Part shown: one piece after another, positions 23,263-37,611 of the stretch
How the letters are laid out: each line of letters begins with the position of its first letter
How positions within the stretch are numbered: the first letter of the stretch is position 1
Source of the DNA: Octopus vulgaris
Taxonomy: Eukaryota
Direction: 5' to 3'
Assembly (NCBI GenBank): GCA_951406725.2
Contig: OX597820.1
Coordinates: 2,852,001 to 2,916,000, forward strand
Length of the DNA: 64,000 nucleotides
Translations under genes and position numbers: made by a program
The notes under the pieces: generated by a model
Database searches by the model: none
The model's input: the letters and a program-made list of their open reading frames with translations, nothing else
What the model was told of the DNA's origin: nothing

Positions 23263-23836
23263 GTGTGTGTATGTATGTATGTGTGTGTGTGTATGTATGT
23301 ATGTACTGTGTGTATGTATGTATGTATGTATGTATGTATGCATGTATGTATGTATGTATGTATGAGTGTATGTATGTATGTATTTATGTATGTATGTATG
23401 TATGTATGTATGCATGTATGTGTGTATGTATGTATGTATGCATGTATGTATGTATGTATTTATGTATGTGTGTATGTATGTATGTGTGTATGTACGTATG
23501 TATGTATGTCTGTATGTATGTATGTAGGTATGTATGTATGTATGTATGTATGTATGTATGTATGTATGTATGTGTGTATGTATGTATGTATGTCTGTATG
23601 TATGTATGTAGGTATGTATGTATGTATGTATGTATGTATGCATGCATGCATGTATGTATGTATGTATGTATGTACGTATGTATGCATGTATGTTATGTAT
23701 GTATGTATGTATGTACGTATGTATGCATGTATGTTATGTATGTATGTATGTATGTGTGTATGTATGTACGTACGTACGTATGTATGTATGTATGTGTGTA
23801 TGTATGTGTGTATGTATGTATGTATGTATGTATGTA

Positions 23837-23867
<31 letters not shown>

Positions 23868-24336
23868 ATGTATGTATGTATGTATGTATGCATGCATGTA
23901 TGTATGTATGTATGTGTGTGTATGTATGTATGTATGTATGTATTTATGTATGTATGTATGTATGTATGTATGTATGTATGTATGTATGTATGTATGTATG
24001 CATGTATGTTATGTATGTATGTATGTACGTATGTATGCATGTATGTTATGTATGTATGTATGTACGTACGTACGTATGTATGTATGTATGTATGTATGTA
24101 TGTATGTGTGTGTATGTATGTATGTATGTGTGTATGTATGTATGTATGTATGTGTGTGTGTATGTACGTATGTATGTATGTATGTGTGTATGTATGTGTG
24201 TATGTATATATGTGTGTATGTATGTATGTATGTGTGTGTGTGTGTATGTATGTGTGTATGTATGTGTATGTATGTATGTATGTATGTATGTATGTATGTA
24301 TGTATGTATGTATGTATGTATGTATGTATGTATGTA
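22949..24336. repeat. About 1.4-kb compound (TATG)n/(TG)n microsatellite
   Basis: Direct reading; source of the spurious MYVC/HTYI ORFs. Confidence 0.98.
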
Positions 24337-25544
24337 TAGGGTGTGTAATATATTTGAGGACAGATTTATGGTTTATAGTAGATATATAACAGATAATAAC
24401 TCTATTTATCAAAAAATACTATGAGGATAAAAATAAACCTTCTTTTCTAGAATGTTATTCAATAAAGCCACCTTCAGCTTCAACAACTGCTTCTATATGA
24501 GATCTAAATCATCGATGCTCAAATCAAGTGGTCTTGGTTCATTTTGGGCATTACTCTGACTATGGCAGCTTTCATAGAATCTTTGGTGTTTTGGGTGTGT
24601 TCATTGACCTCTCTCTCTCTCTCTCAACAATGCTCCACATGTAATTATAGTCAAATGGTTTGAGGTCTGGGGAATCAGGAGGCCAAATGTTTGGGGTTAT
24701 GTGATCATGAAAATTTTCAGCCATCCATTCTTGTGTTACTAGAGCCATGTGTGATAGTGCAGAGTCTTACTGAAACATATATGGCCTTCCATTGCATACA
24801 CTGTCTATTCAAGGCTTAACTGTTATTTTCAGGACCTCAATGTAGGTGGCAGAGTTAACTCTAAGGCCTTGTGGAAAGAAGTAAGGGGACATCACATGTT
24901 CTTCATTGCTGACAACCCCTAAAACCATGACAGTAGCAGGATATTTTGTATGCATAACACTTGGAACTTCAGAAGGGTCTTCATATAATCATCTGTCATT
25001 TCTTCTGTTAACTTTTTTATCTTGGTCGAAGTTTTTCTCGTTTGAGGAAAACCAAATCAAATCTTCTTCTGCTGGATTTTTCAGTTTGTTTAAGAACCTT
25101 TTAGATTTTCTTTTGCTTTTTCTAACATAAATTGACCTTTCCTCATCACATAAGAATTATATCTGATGTCTTCTTGGACAACATTTCTGACTGTTCCTTC
25201 AGACACATGGAGATCTTTTGCAATTGACCCCTTGGACTTTCTGGGATTGTAATTAATGGTCTGTTGAACTTGCCGGGTAAATTCAGGTGTTCTGATGGTT
25301 TCAGAGCATTTAGAATGCTTTGATACTGGTGATACATTTCCATCTTTAGTCTCTAACTCCTTACAAACTTTTCTAAATCGCTATGCTCAGCCTTTATAAC
25401 CACAATAACAGCTTGCCCCTTCATTTGTTAAATAAACCGAGGGTCTACAATTATTATTTTCTGAAACAAAGATTATACAGAGTTAGCAAAATATGCAGCA
25501 ATGACCCAAAAAAAGGTATGTCCTCAAATACCTTATACACCCTG
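24337..25544 (-). mobile_element. Tc1/mariner superfamily DD37D (maT) transposon relic
   Basis: TIRs (C/T)AGGGTGT.TAA..TATTTGAGGACA flanked by TA; minus strand FQ*DSALSH...WPPDSPDLKPFDY with 37 residues between the last two catalytic D. Confidence 0.88.
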
Positions 25545-25573
25545 TATACAGACACACGTACATCATTCGTATA

Positions 25574-25617
<44 letters not shown>

Positions 25618-25623
25618 TATATA

Positions 25624-25717
<94 letters not shown>

Positions 25718-25720
<3 letters not shown>

Positions 25721-26045
25721 TCATCATCATCATCATCGTTTAACGTCCGCTTTCCGCGCTAGCACGGGTTGGACGGTTTGACCGGGTCTGGGAAGCCAGG
25801 GGCCGCTCCAGGCTCCAGTCTGAATCTGGCAGAGTTTCTACGGCTGGATGCCCTTCCTAACGCCAACCACTCCGTGAGTGGATTGGGTGCTTTTTACGTG
25901 CCACCTGCACAGGGGCCGGAGGGTCCGGAATCGTCACGATCGGATTCGAGCATTTTAACGTGTCAGCGGCACGGGGGCAACGAGGTCCGGGGTACTTTGG
26001 GGATCGGGGTATTTTGGGGATCCAGGGTACTTTGGGGATCCGGGA
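25718..26045 (-). mobile_element. Non-autonomous retroposon with RTE-like tail and (GAT)n end
   Basis: GGTGGCACGTAAAAAGCACC...AGGAAGGGCATCCAGCC...GCGGACGTTAAACGATGATG; copies at 37608-38125 and 63625-63840. Confidence 0.75.
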
Positions 26046-26067
26046 TATATATATATATATATATATA

Positions 26068-26101
<34 letters not shown>

Positions 26102-26110
26102 TATATATGC

Positions 26111-26177
<67 letters not shown>

Positions 26178-26179
<2 letters not shown>

Positions 26180-26895
26180 TATAATGCCAAAACGAATTTC
26201 TGCATGTCAATGTGTCACACTTTTCCCCCCTCTCTCACTAATCAGTGACACTTCTACTATTCCTCCTGCTGGGGTGATAGTAATAGTAGGCATAGAGACG
26301 GTGAGGGCAGTAGTAGTAGATTGACGGTTGTGATGGTGATGGGGTGATAGTAATAGTATGAGCTGTAGTTGTGATAGAAGCGGAGGTGACAGTGATAATG
26401 GTGGTGGTGGTGGTGGTGGTGATGGTAGCCGAGGCGGTCAGGGATGACGGTGAGAGTAAGCGATGTAAAAGACAGTGGTGATGGCAGTGGAGAGGAAGGT
26501 GGCAATGTCAAAAGCATTGATGGTTGTACGTCAGAAGTCTGAATGGTGTGTGTGTGTGTGGCAGTTGTGGTGGCAATGGTGATGCTTGAAAACACTGAAC
26601 AGAAAGAAAGAGAGAGAAAGAAAGTGGTTAGACAGAAAGAAAAACTTGTACTGACCCCCGAATGGGAAGACAAAATGTTGTTTATCATGCAGCTTTGCAA
26701 TAAGTTCCAAGTCGACAAATTATATCCTTGTTTTGATGAATATTGTTCATTACTTGAAAACTATTGGTCAAGTTTAATAAAATTTAATATGTACTCAATG
26801 CATGAAGTGTCATTGTTGAGCCCAAGGACAAATGGAGAGCCCTCCACCACAGGAGCTAGCTTAAAAGCTGCCCGATAAGGTGGCTTTTAAGCTAG
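26178..26895 (+). mobile_element. Possible non-autonomous Helitron
   Basis: Terminal hairpin CTAGCTTAAAAGCTGCC/GGTGGCTTTTAAGCTAG ending in CTAG|T; 5' boundary uncertain. Confidence 0.35.
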
Positions 26896-26926
26896 TATAT
26901 AAATATATATATATATATATAGATAT

Positions 26927-26997
<71 letters not shown>

Positions 26998-28174
26998 TGT
27001 AGTGCATCATGCAGGCATTGTGTGGATTTGATCCTCGATAGCCAAATTTCACTCAACAGTTCAACAGCACTTTTCTCACGGTAAAACAATAGATTGTCTG
27101 TGAGTGACAGCAGTTACTTTTGTCAGATGCCTTCACTAAGCAGAATAATGTCTTTGCCACTTGACCCTTCTAACCTCTTCTAGGCCACCAAAAGCTAGAA
27201 TAGAGATAACAGAACTCCCAACGAAATCTATTGGTCTCAACAATATGTCTATCCTTCTAGCTGGTTTTGGATAGTTATAAAAACAAGAACTTCGTAAGCC
27301 AGTCTGGCCAACCGGCTGAACAAAATGCCGTCTCTAAAGGAAAAGGCACAAAGGGACAACTATGGTAACTCACCAACGAAGCAGTTGTTTCATCCCACCA
27401 CTCTCACTTTCACTCACTCCCTTTCTTTCCTCTGTAATATTACCATATCTCTCTTTATATATACTACTATCAGAACGTGTACACACATACCGGCCAAATG
27501 AACTCTTTTTACCTCGCATGCTTTTCCATTTTACTAATTATACATACCAACCCATTGTGGTTTTGGATATATACAAACTAACGGTAAATATTTCTTTACA
27601 ACTTCGATCCCTGTTCTTCCATTTTGCACACCAGCAACCAACACCTTAACAACAACCGTTACACACACACGCGTGTGTCTGTGTCGTCAGTTAATAAAAA
27701 ATCATACATCAGAAAGAAGCGCACTCTAAAAAATAGAACAGTAATTATTACAACAACATTTTAGGCATTCATTTACGTCAAGCATTGATGTTAAATGTTT
27801 TTGTGCTACTAAAATATCATAGTTGTTTCATTGTCGTTTGAAAAGTTATTTGCTCAGTGAAATTTAGTTCAACTCATTGGGAGTGGTCACTAGAATACAA
27901 CACCGCTTAATTTCTTTTAATGTCAGATGTCTTTTGTGTGTAAATTTGTGTGTAAATACTTATTGCTCTCTGATGAATCAAGACCGCTCTTTTTTTTGTT
28001 TTTTGGCGATTCAATTTTCGATTCAGAGAATTAAAACATTCCCAACACTTTGATGTGTTTCTTTACAATGAAACAATTCCGAATGCGTAAACTAATAAAC
28101 AACGCAAGTACAAGTACCATATTAACTAATATCCTCTCGTTTTACAGGCCTACTTTTCTACAATATTGTATCAT

Positions 28175-28560
28175 CAAGGGTCATCATTACCATCGGCATT
28201 ATCTGCTCTCAACAGGTTAAATATTGAGCATTTCCATTCAGGTCTCTTCTCTGCCATTCTTCCATATTCACCATTTGATAGTTTGGTCCAATCTTTGACG
28301 CAAGCAAACCAGTTAGTTCAAAGTCTTCCTCTTAAACACTCGCCATCTTTCTTTCCTTCTAGCAATAGTTTTTATATACTCCATGCTCTGATGTAATCAA
28401 AATAATTTTACTTTAGTAATAATTAAGAGTAACGATCTTCTTTGTAATTAGGAGTAACGATCTTCTTTGCTAGTTGCAGCACTTCTTCATTAATTCCATG
28501 TTTTGCCTTCTAAAAGTCCAACATTTCAAAAGCTTCGAGTTTGTCGGAGCATAAATATTT
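28175..28560 (-). mobile_element. Old RTE (BovB-like) LINE 3' fragment
   Basis: Minus strand DKLEAFEM..., INEEVLQL, LLLEGKKDGECLRGR, WTKLSNGEYGRMAEKRPEWK. Confidence 0.65.
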
Positions 28561-30749
28561 TTCGGATGTTGTCCTGGATGGATTCCCCTTTTCCATTGGG
28601 TGCCAACCATTGTCATTTTTGTTTGATGTTGATTGCAGACATCCATCAAACGAAGATTTGTCTCCCGGAAACGATCACATGACATTTCACTCAAACGAGG
28701 TCAAATGAATTTGCCCGAGCTATAAAGGTTATTCGTGGGTGGCGCTGATTACAGAGGATGGCGAATCCCTCGGAGTTGGTTTACCAGTGGATTAGATGCA
28801 GATTATAAAATTGAATAAAATTGTAGGCTACCAGAATAAATTCCATAACACAAAATTTCCCAAAATAAAAGCATTTCTTGTCACTTCCTCTATATCCTTT
28901 TCTGTTTCTCTCTCTCTCTCTCTTTCGCTTATTTTTCTCCCCACCCCCTCCCTTTTCTCAACCGCTGCCACCACCGCCGTTTAATCTTACTTTCCACTCA
29001 GTATTTACTTTCAAATTTCGGAGGACGGACATTCTTTCCCTTGTCTCCTACTACGAACCCTTAATCTCTTCCTTTCTTCTCTGCCATGCTACATGCTACG
29101 TGAGTGTTGTTTTCTCCTGTATTTGGCTGAAAGGCTAACGCCTGCGTGTGTATGCACACATGCATGCATGTATGTATGTATGTATGTATGTATGTATGTA
29201 TGTTGTGTCAGGTCACTCTTCGTGCTACTGGGTAACATGTAACACAATACAGCCTGTTACATTTGCGGGCCGTTGGCGGTTAAACCGGTACCTACCAAGC
29301 CTGCCTGGTGATGAGGTTGGTTTTTTTTATGGAACCCTGCAGGTTGAAAAACATAACTTGCCAAAAGGCGAATGAACTCAGAGTCAATTGCGATCCAGAA
29401 CTTCGGAATGAGAAACTTTGGTCTTCGTTCAGACATCTCTGTAAGAGAAGGAAATTCCGAAAAAGCTATCGGCTCATTGTGAAACGAGAGATCTTGTCGT
29501 TGCTTGTTTCTGGTTATTTGGCTTTGAAGGCGAGAGTCTCAATTTGCTGTGCAAGCTGATGCTGTCTTTCTTTCGATTACAGCACAATCATTGCTAACAG
29601 CCAATATGTGTAATATCTAGGATATTAAAATTGGTGCCGGCGTATGAATCGGCTGGAGCACACTGAAGAGAAATATGTCAGTCACTGTAACTCTTCAATC
29701 TTCTGAGAGTAGTCACACGTGACAGGGAATCACAGGCAAAATTTGAACTTGTTCACGAAGTATCAAATGTTGGAAACATAGTGTTTCTATCTAAAATTTT
29801 GACCGCAGGAATTGTTGAAAAAGTCTTTGACTAAGGTTTCCCAACCAAATTTTTGTTTGAAAAATTTAGCCTTGCTCAAAATCAAAAGAAGAACAAGTCC
29901 CAAGGACCCCTCTACCTACCCTTTTGAGAGCACACATGTATAAAATATAAGAAACAATATAAAAAGGTACTGAAAGATAAAGTAGTCTTAGTTTAACCGG
30001 TAGAAAAATATGGGAGATGGCGACCATGTGCGTGCAGAATTGGTGACCAAAAGCAAGACAATACAAAATGACAACAGAACAAGACATGACTTTACTGCAG
30101 AGAACTGACTTAGATAAAATAATCAAACACATTGTGATAGCAAATGAATGGGTGTAGATAAGAATGACAAATAAATGGTTCATGAATGGGCTAGAAAAAG
30201 CGAATAGATAACAGCAAACGGAGTGAACTTGCCATTGGTGATGATTAGACTTAAACAACAAATTACAGTAAAATTTTTGAGTCATGATTGTTGGTTGGTT
30301 GACAAACGATGGATTCTATTTGATATTTATCAAAACGATGGAAAAACACTGGTGCTGGTGCCATGTAAAAAGCACCCAGGACACTTTGTAGAGTGGCTGG
30401 CATTAGGAGGGGCATCCAGCAGTAGGAAGAACCCTGCTAAAATAGAGAATGAAACCAGCTGCAACTCCTTGCAAGCTCCTCCCACACCATCCAACCAATG
30501 CCAACAAGGAAAATGGATGTAAAAACAGTGATGATGATGATGATGATGGTGATGGAATACAAAAATACTTCAAAAACTTAATGGATGTTACTCAAAATAG
30601 AAGAGGGAAGAAACAAAGTCCAAACCTAAAAAAGATTCTTCTTTTATGAGGAACAAACATGGAATGGTGACAAATTAGTGAAGTCTGCTATGGAAATATG
30701 GAGAGAAAAACATGATTTCTGAGAAAGTAATAATTATTAACATGGGTTG

Positions 30750-31170
30750 GGCATGGCTGGCTTCTCGTCTATGTGATCTTGGGTTCAGTCCCACTGCACT
30801 GCACCTTGGGCAAGTGTCTTCTAGTATAATCTTGACCCGACCAAATCTTGGAACTGGATTTGATAGAGGGAAACTGAAAGAAGCCTACCGTGTATACATG
30901 TGTGTGTGTGCATGTGTACCCTTGCCTTGACATCATGTGTTAGTTGTAAATGAGCATCACTGTTATACAAGCGAGGTTGTTCCTTTCTGTCTTCTATGAA
31001 AAACGCATCAGGCTTGAGAAAACCGTTGCCTTGCATGGAAACAGAGGAAGGTTGGCAACGAGAAGGACATCCAACCATTTCAAAAGTCTACTTCAACAAA
31101 TTTGGTCTGCCTCACGCAAGCAAGGGAAAGGGAACATTAAAATGATGATGATGATGATGATGATGATGAT
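30750..31170 (+). mobile_element. CORE-type SINE head with the alternative RTE-like (GAT)n tail
   Basis: GGGTTCAGTCCCACTG...CACCTTGGGCAAGTGTCTT head; tail ...GGACATCCAACC...ACATTAAAATGATGATG. Confidence 0.6.
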
Positions 31171-32046
31171 GGTGATGGTGGTGGTGGTGGTGGTGGTGGC
31201 GGGGAGTGGCAGTGGTGGCGGTGGTGATGATGATATGGAAGATAATGTAGTCAAATCTCAATACAACCCTGCTCAGAATCTTAATTCTTCAAAGGTCAAT
31301 CTTCCATAGTCAATAGAATAAGCACCAATTCAATTCTTTAGCTTAATTCATTCCACAACATCTTCCCTCTCTGAAACAACTGAAATAATTTAATCCTTTA
31401 ATCCTTAATCAGGGAAAGCAACAAAAAAAAAAGTAGTTTTACATTAGAGTGAGATTACTCAAAGCTTCATGTTGCTCGTTATGTTCGAAAAATAACTGAA
31501 AACAAGTTGAAAAGCAATTTTTTCTCGGTGAAGGATTTTAGATAAGATAGCAAACAGAAGCCTCAAGTATTTGAGAAGAGAGAGAAAGCACGGAGTTTAT
31601 TTAGGTATTTGCTTTGGCTTAGAATATCAGATATAATCAGATACAGGGTATTACATGGACTCAACACTGCGATTAAAGTATCTAATTTATTAACGAAACT
31701 CAGATTTTGATATTGATTTCTATCATTCTATTGACAGTCACAAGCATGGCTGTGTGAAAGAGAAGTTTGCCTTCCAACTATTTGGTTTCAGGTTCAGTCC
31801 TGTTGCATGGTACCTTAGGCAAGTGTCTTTTTTATAGGCCTGGGCCAAACTAAGCCATGTAAGTGGATTTGGTAGGTGGAAACTGAAACAACTCCACACA
31901 AAATGCTTAGCTGTATTTCATCTGTCTTTACATTCAGAGTTCAAATGATGCCAGGGTCGACTTTGCTGTTCATCCTTTCAGGGTTGATAAAATAAGTATC
32001 TCTTGAATATATAGTGATAAAATATATAGGGTTGATAAAATAAGTA

Positions 32047-33321
32047 TCCCTTAAATAATGCGGTTTTCTCAATTGCATGAACTAAAAGTCGGTGGGGGAC
32101 GGGATAAACTACCTGCATCAACTTGCTATAAAAGCAGGTAGTAATTTTACCTTGCCCTTATTCTTAGTGCAAACTTTGAAGAGTGTAGTTCGATTTTAAC
32201 AGTTATCTTTTCAAAGCTATAATGGAAGTGACAAAGGAGCATATTTGGCATATTTTGCTTTAAGAGTTCAATAAAGGCAACAATGCAACGGATAGTGCAA
32301 GGAATATTAATGCAGTATATGGGGATCGCACAATAAGCGTAAGCCAGTGTCAACAATGGGTCTAGAAATTCCGAGCGGGAAACTACAGTCTAGATGAGCC
32401 TTGTCCTGGAAGATCTGTAGAGTTTGACAAGGATGACCTGCAAACCCCGGTGGAACAAAATACCATTGTATCTGTTGGGGAACTAGCAGAGAAGCTTGGA
32501 TTTGGTCATTCAACCATTTATCGACACCTGTGTGTCACTGGAAAAATTAGCAAATTTGGTCAATGCATTCCTCACAAACTTTCTGAGTCTAATCACATGC
32601 AGAGAGTGAATGTGTGCTCTTCTTTGCTGTCACGTCCCATGAATGAACCTTTTTTTGGATCGAATAGTGTCTGGTGACAAGAAATGGGTTCTCTATAAAA
32701 ATGTCAAGTGCCAAAGACAGTAGGCAGGAAAAGGGGAAATACCAGCACCCCAGGCTAAAGAAGGTCTTCATCTATGTAAGGTGTTGCTATCTGTTTGGTG
32801 GGATATGAAAGGTTTAATCCATTTCGAACTTTTAAACCCAAACCAAATGATAACAAAGGAGATCTACTGTGAGCAGCTTGAGCGGCTTCAGACAGTGCCA
32901 GAAGAAAAACAACCATGTTTGGTTTCCAAGACGAAAGGTGTTCTTCCATCGGGATAATGCTCGGCCACATACAGTGAGGATGACATACCAAGGACTGGAC
33001 CAATTTGAATGGGAAATGATGCCCCACTCACCATATTCACCGAATATTGAACCCATCTGATTATCATTTATTCTGCAGTCTTCAAAATCATTTGGATAGA
33101 AAAATATGAATTCCGTAGACGAGGTCAGAACAGTACTGGAGGAGTATTTTTAATCACGGATGAGTGAATTTTGGAAAAGGAGCCTTGTAAGTCTACCGGA
33201 TAGATGGAAGAGCATTGTAGAAAATGAAGGAGAGTATATTTGAGATTAAAAAAGAGCTTTATCTTAATTTTGAAAAATAAAAGAAGTATAAAAAAACTGC
33301 ATTATTTATGGGATGACCCAA
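32047..33321 (+). mobile_element. mariner (DD34D-type) transposon with pseudogenised transposase, about 32222-33250
   Basis: CIPHKL, SGDKKW, HRDNARPH, HSPYSPNIEPSDY motifs; right TIR ATTATTTATGGGATGACCCAA+TA, partly deleted left TIR; inserted at TA inside a MetaSINE. Confidence 0.9.
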
Positions 33322-33623
33322 TACCAGTTGAGTACTAGAGTTCATGTAAATGACTTAACTCCACCTGCTAAATTGATGGCCTTGTGTCAAAATTTGAAAC
33401 CATATTATAAATATATATATATATATATATCATATATATATATAATCATCATCTTTTAATGGCCATCTTCCATGCATGCATAGGTAGGAGCTGGGTGGGT
33501 AGAAAACTATATATATATATATATATACACATATATAATATATATATATACACATATATATATATATTACGGAGATGTACTTGCATAGCAAGTGACCTGA
33601 TCTGAGATCGTGTGCTGGAACGA

Positions 33624-34913
33624 AAACAATTGCAGCATGGAAGGTGTTTATAAGCTATTTAAAAACACACAAAAACCGTCAGATTCACTTCAACATTTAA
33701 ATTTAATTTCCCAAAATATTTTTGTCACTTTGAGACTGCGACCTGTTCACTGACAAAATTCTGTGCTGCATCTCAAAATTTTGTAAGAGAACAGGTCGCG
33801 ATACCAAAGTGACAAAAATATTTTGGGAAATTAAATTTAATGCAATGCAATGGGTGTGAGGTTATGACCTTTTTAACTGGTTGAAATCCTTCATTCTCAG
33901 CCGAAAGGAGGTAGTCACAGTTCTAGGACAGCATTCTACACCATATGAGATGTCATCGGGTGTACCACAGGGATCTGTCCTTGGTCCCCTCTTGTTTGTG
34001 GCATACATTAATGACATAGATGCCAATTTAAAGAATGCCACAGTATTGAAATATGCAGACGACATCAAGCTGTACCTTGAAATCAAGAGGACTGATCCTG
34101 ATGTCTACAACTCTTTCCTGCAATCAGACCTAGACACAATGCAGCAATGGATCACAGACTGGCAACTGAAACTGGCTGTGGACAAGTGTACCACCATGCA
34201 TTTTGGGAGAAAAAACCCTGCGTCCACATACTCCCTCCACAACACTGATATCAAGAAATCCTCTTGCGAGCGTGACCTAGGCATCACTGTCAGCAGTGAT
34301 TTGCATTGGACAAAGCATATCTCTAAAATTGTCAAGAAGGCCGAGGGTGTCTTGGCATCACTCAGCAAGACCTTTTATTAGCCGCTCTCCAGCCATCTAT
34401 TTAAAACTGTATACAGCTATGGTATGACCACACTTGGAATTCGCATCATCAGTTTGGAACCCCTATCTTGCTCAGAACATTGACCTCCTGGAATCTGTCC
34501 AGAGACGTGCAACCAAACGCATACCCTCCATCAGACACCTACCATATTCTGAGCGCCTTGTTTCCCTGGGCATGGATTCACTGAAGCTCTGGCGTCTGGC
34601 AACGGACTTGGTAAACACCCACAAAGTTATCAACCACCTCACCAACAACAACACTGAACACCTTTTTGATCTCCATGTGTCAACACACGTGGACATGCCT
34701 ACAAAGTCAGAAAACAACACAGCTCCCATGACTTTCGGAAACATTTCTTCACGCTCAGAGTTGCTGAAGCACGGAATAAACTGCCTGCGTCAGTTGTTGA
34801 CTGCCATGACACTGCATCCTTTAAGGCCCTCATGCTTTCCGAAATCCGCCGAAACTACACCTGATTATATATACACTTTAGATGAGTTGTAGTGCACCTG
34901 AGCACTGTACACA

Positions 34914-34958
<45 letters not shown>

Positions 34959-35034
34959 TAAATGTTGAAGTGAATTTAACGGTTTTTTGTGTTTCTTAAA
35001 TGGCTTATAAACACCTTCCATGCTGCAATTGTTT
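33624..35034. repeat. Foldback (palindromic) element interrupted by a CR1 copy
   Basis: About 33697-33771 pairs with 33777-33841; 33624-33700 pairs with 34959-35034. Confidence 0.85.
33845..34958 (+). mobile_element. 5'-truncated CR1-group LINE with (ATT)n tail
   Basis: SGVPQGSVLGPLLF, YADD, LESVQRRATK; nearly identical to 50537-51629. Confidence 0.93.
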
Positions 35035-35046
35035 ATATATATATAT

Positions 35047-35374
35047 ATAGGATCACACGGTTTTGTTACAACGACGAGGGTCCCAGCTGATACGATCAAC
35101 GGAACAGCTTGCTTGTGAAATTAACGTGCAAGTGGCTGTGTACTCCACAGACACTTGTACCCTTAACCTAGTTCTCAGGGAGATTCAGCATGACACAGAA
35201 TGTGACAGGGTTGGCCCCTTTGAAATACAGGTACTACTCATTTTTGCCAGCTGAGTGGACTGGAGCAACATGAAGTAAAGTGTCTTGCTCAAAGACACAA
35301 TGCGTCACCAGGAATCGAACTCACGACCTTACAATTATGAACCGAATGCCCTAACCACTAAGCCATGTACCTTC
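35047..35374 (-). mobile_element. tRNA-derived CORE-like SINE (family of 11398-11720)
   Basis: Reverse complement of the 11398 family head and body. Confidence 0.85.
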
Positions 35375-35420
35375 ACTATATACATATATATATGTATATA
35401 TATATACATATATATGTATG

Positions 35421-35497
<77 letters not shown>

Positions 35498-37412
35498 GTA
35501 TAGTTGGAATTTACAAAAACAAAAGATGAAGACAGGTGTGTAACCAACAAACAGGTGTATTAATTTAATGCCTGGGAAGTGAGAGAGTCTTTTACATTTT
35601 GAGCCTATGCTCTGCAACAGAAAGGAATATGAAGAAATAACCAGAGAGAGAATATATACACACACATACACATATATACATCAATATATATATATATATA
35701 TATGTATATATCACCATGATCACCATGACCAACCAGGCTATCAGATGTTGCTACACATCGCTGGTCACAATGCACTTCACATCGTTTTTAGCCTTCAAAT
35801 GACGCCACCCCGATGACTAAGTGAGCAGGCCAACAGAAGAAAGAGTGAGAGAAAGTTGTGACGAAAGAGTACCCCCCCCCACTGCCAGAGCCTCGTGGGG
35901 CTTTAGGTGTTTTCGCTCAATAAACACTCACAATGCCCGGTTTGGGAATCAAAACCGCGATCCTACAACTGTGGGTCCACTGCCCTAACCACTGGGCCAT
36001 TGCGCCTCCACATATATGTATATATATATAAAATATATATATATACACACATACATATATATATGTATGTATTTATATATGTATATATATATGTGTGTGT
36101 GTGTACATATATATATGTGTGTGTGTGTGTACATATATATATATCTATGTATATATATATGTATATATGTATGTATATTTATATATATATATATATAAAT
36201 ATACATATATGTGTGTGTGTGTATATATATATATATATAAATATCTATATGTATGTATGTATATATATATGTATATATATATATATATATTTACATATAC
36301 ACATGTGTGTATATACATATATGCAAATATGTGTGTATGAGTGTGTGTATGTTTGTGTCTCCTTGTTTTGACATCGCCTGATAGTTGTAAATGATCGTGT
36401 CACTGTCATCCAAGCACTGTCCTTCATTTCCGATATTCTGTGTAAACCTGTCTGGCCATGGGGAAAATATTGCCTTTTGCTTGGAAACAGTTGAGGGTAA
36501 GGGTCGATGACAGGGAGGGGAACCAGCTGTAGGAAATCTGTCTGACCCATGCAAACATAGAAAAATAAATATTAGAAAGGTGCTGCTGCTGACGATGATG
36601 ATAATGATGATGATGATGGACAGCTTTTTAATACTTAAGCAAAATGCCTAGAGGAGTTTTGAGAAAATTCTTAGCTGTTGCTGCCATGAAATATTTCTTT
36701 ATGTTGAATTCGTTTTAATGACAAATTAGTGCATTATATTTTTTGTTAGTACGACCATTCTAATTGCCATGGAAGCATGGCAGTGTCTGTGTGGTTAAGA
36801 AACTTGCTTGGCAACCACATGGGTTTTTTTTAAATGTCTTTTATTATAGCCCTGCGCCAACCAATGCCTTGTCACTGAACTTAGTTGATAGAAACAGGAA
36901 AAGAAAGATGGATGATGGTCACATGTGAGCAATGGGAGAGAGAAAAAGAGAAAGAGGGGAGAGAGAGAGACAGATAGAAAATGGTGAAGGGGAGGATGGG
37001 GGTAATATATATATATCAGTTGAATAAAGTTACAACATGGTCATGGTTTTCACTATTGTATTAAAAAAAAAAATTTTTAGTGTTGAAGTGTGTTAAACAT
37101 TAAAAAAATATTCTGTAATGTTCACATAGTTCAATTAGCGCTTTCATACGTTCTTAGTAATCATCAGATTTCAAAATGTATTTAACTGACAGTTGAATTG
37201 AGTGCTTGACAACTGTAGTCAAATGACTGACTTCTTCCTTTTTATACCTCTTTGAAGGCTCCAGCAAGATGAATTTTTCAAATACGGTTTTGACCAATCA
37301 GTATGCAGCTTAAACATCACAGTTTCCCAGGTGCACTGATATTACTGGCAAACAAAACTTGTAAACCAGACCATGTTGTAACTTTATTCAACTGATATAT
37401 TATTCTATACAC

Positions 37413-37574
37413 AGGAGCAGGAGTGGCTGTGTGGTAAGTAACTTGCTTACCAGCCACATGTTTCTGGATTCAGTCCCGCTGCATGGCACCATGGGCAAGT
37501 GTCTTCTACTATAGCCCTCAGGCTGACCAAAGCCTTGTGAGTGGATGTGATAGATGGAAACTGAAAGAAGCCTG

Positions 37575-37611
<37 letters not shown>

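Noticed and set aside
22921-24424. Long ORFs of up to 478 aa (MYVC/HTYI repeats)
   Set aside because: Stop-free translation of a (TATG)n/(TG)n microsatellite
27000-27400. Minus-strand exons (ATGAAACAACTGCTTCGTTG|GTGAGT and an acceptor near 27099)
   Set aside because: Joining them creates a TGA stop, and the second piece has no donor before a microsatellite
32222-33250. Domesticated transposase (SETMAR-like)
   Set aside because: Multiple stops and frameshifts, TIRs retained
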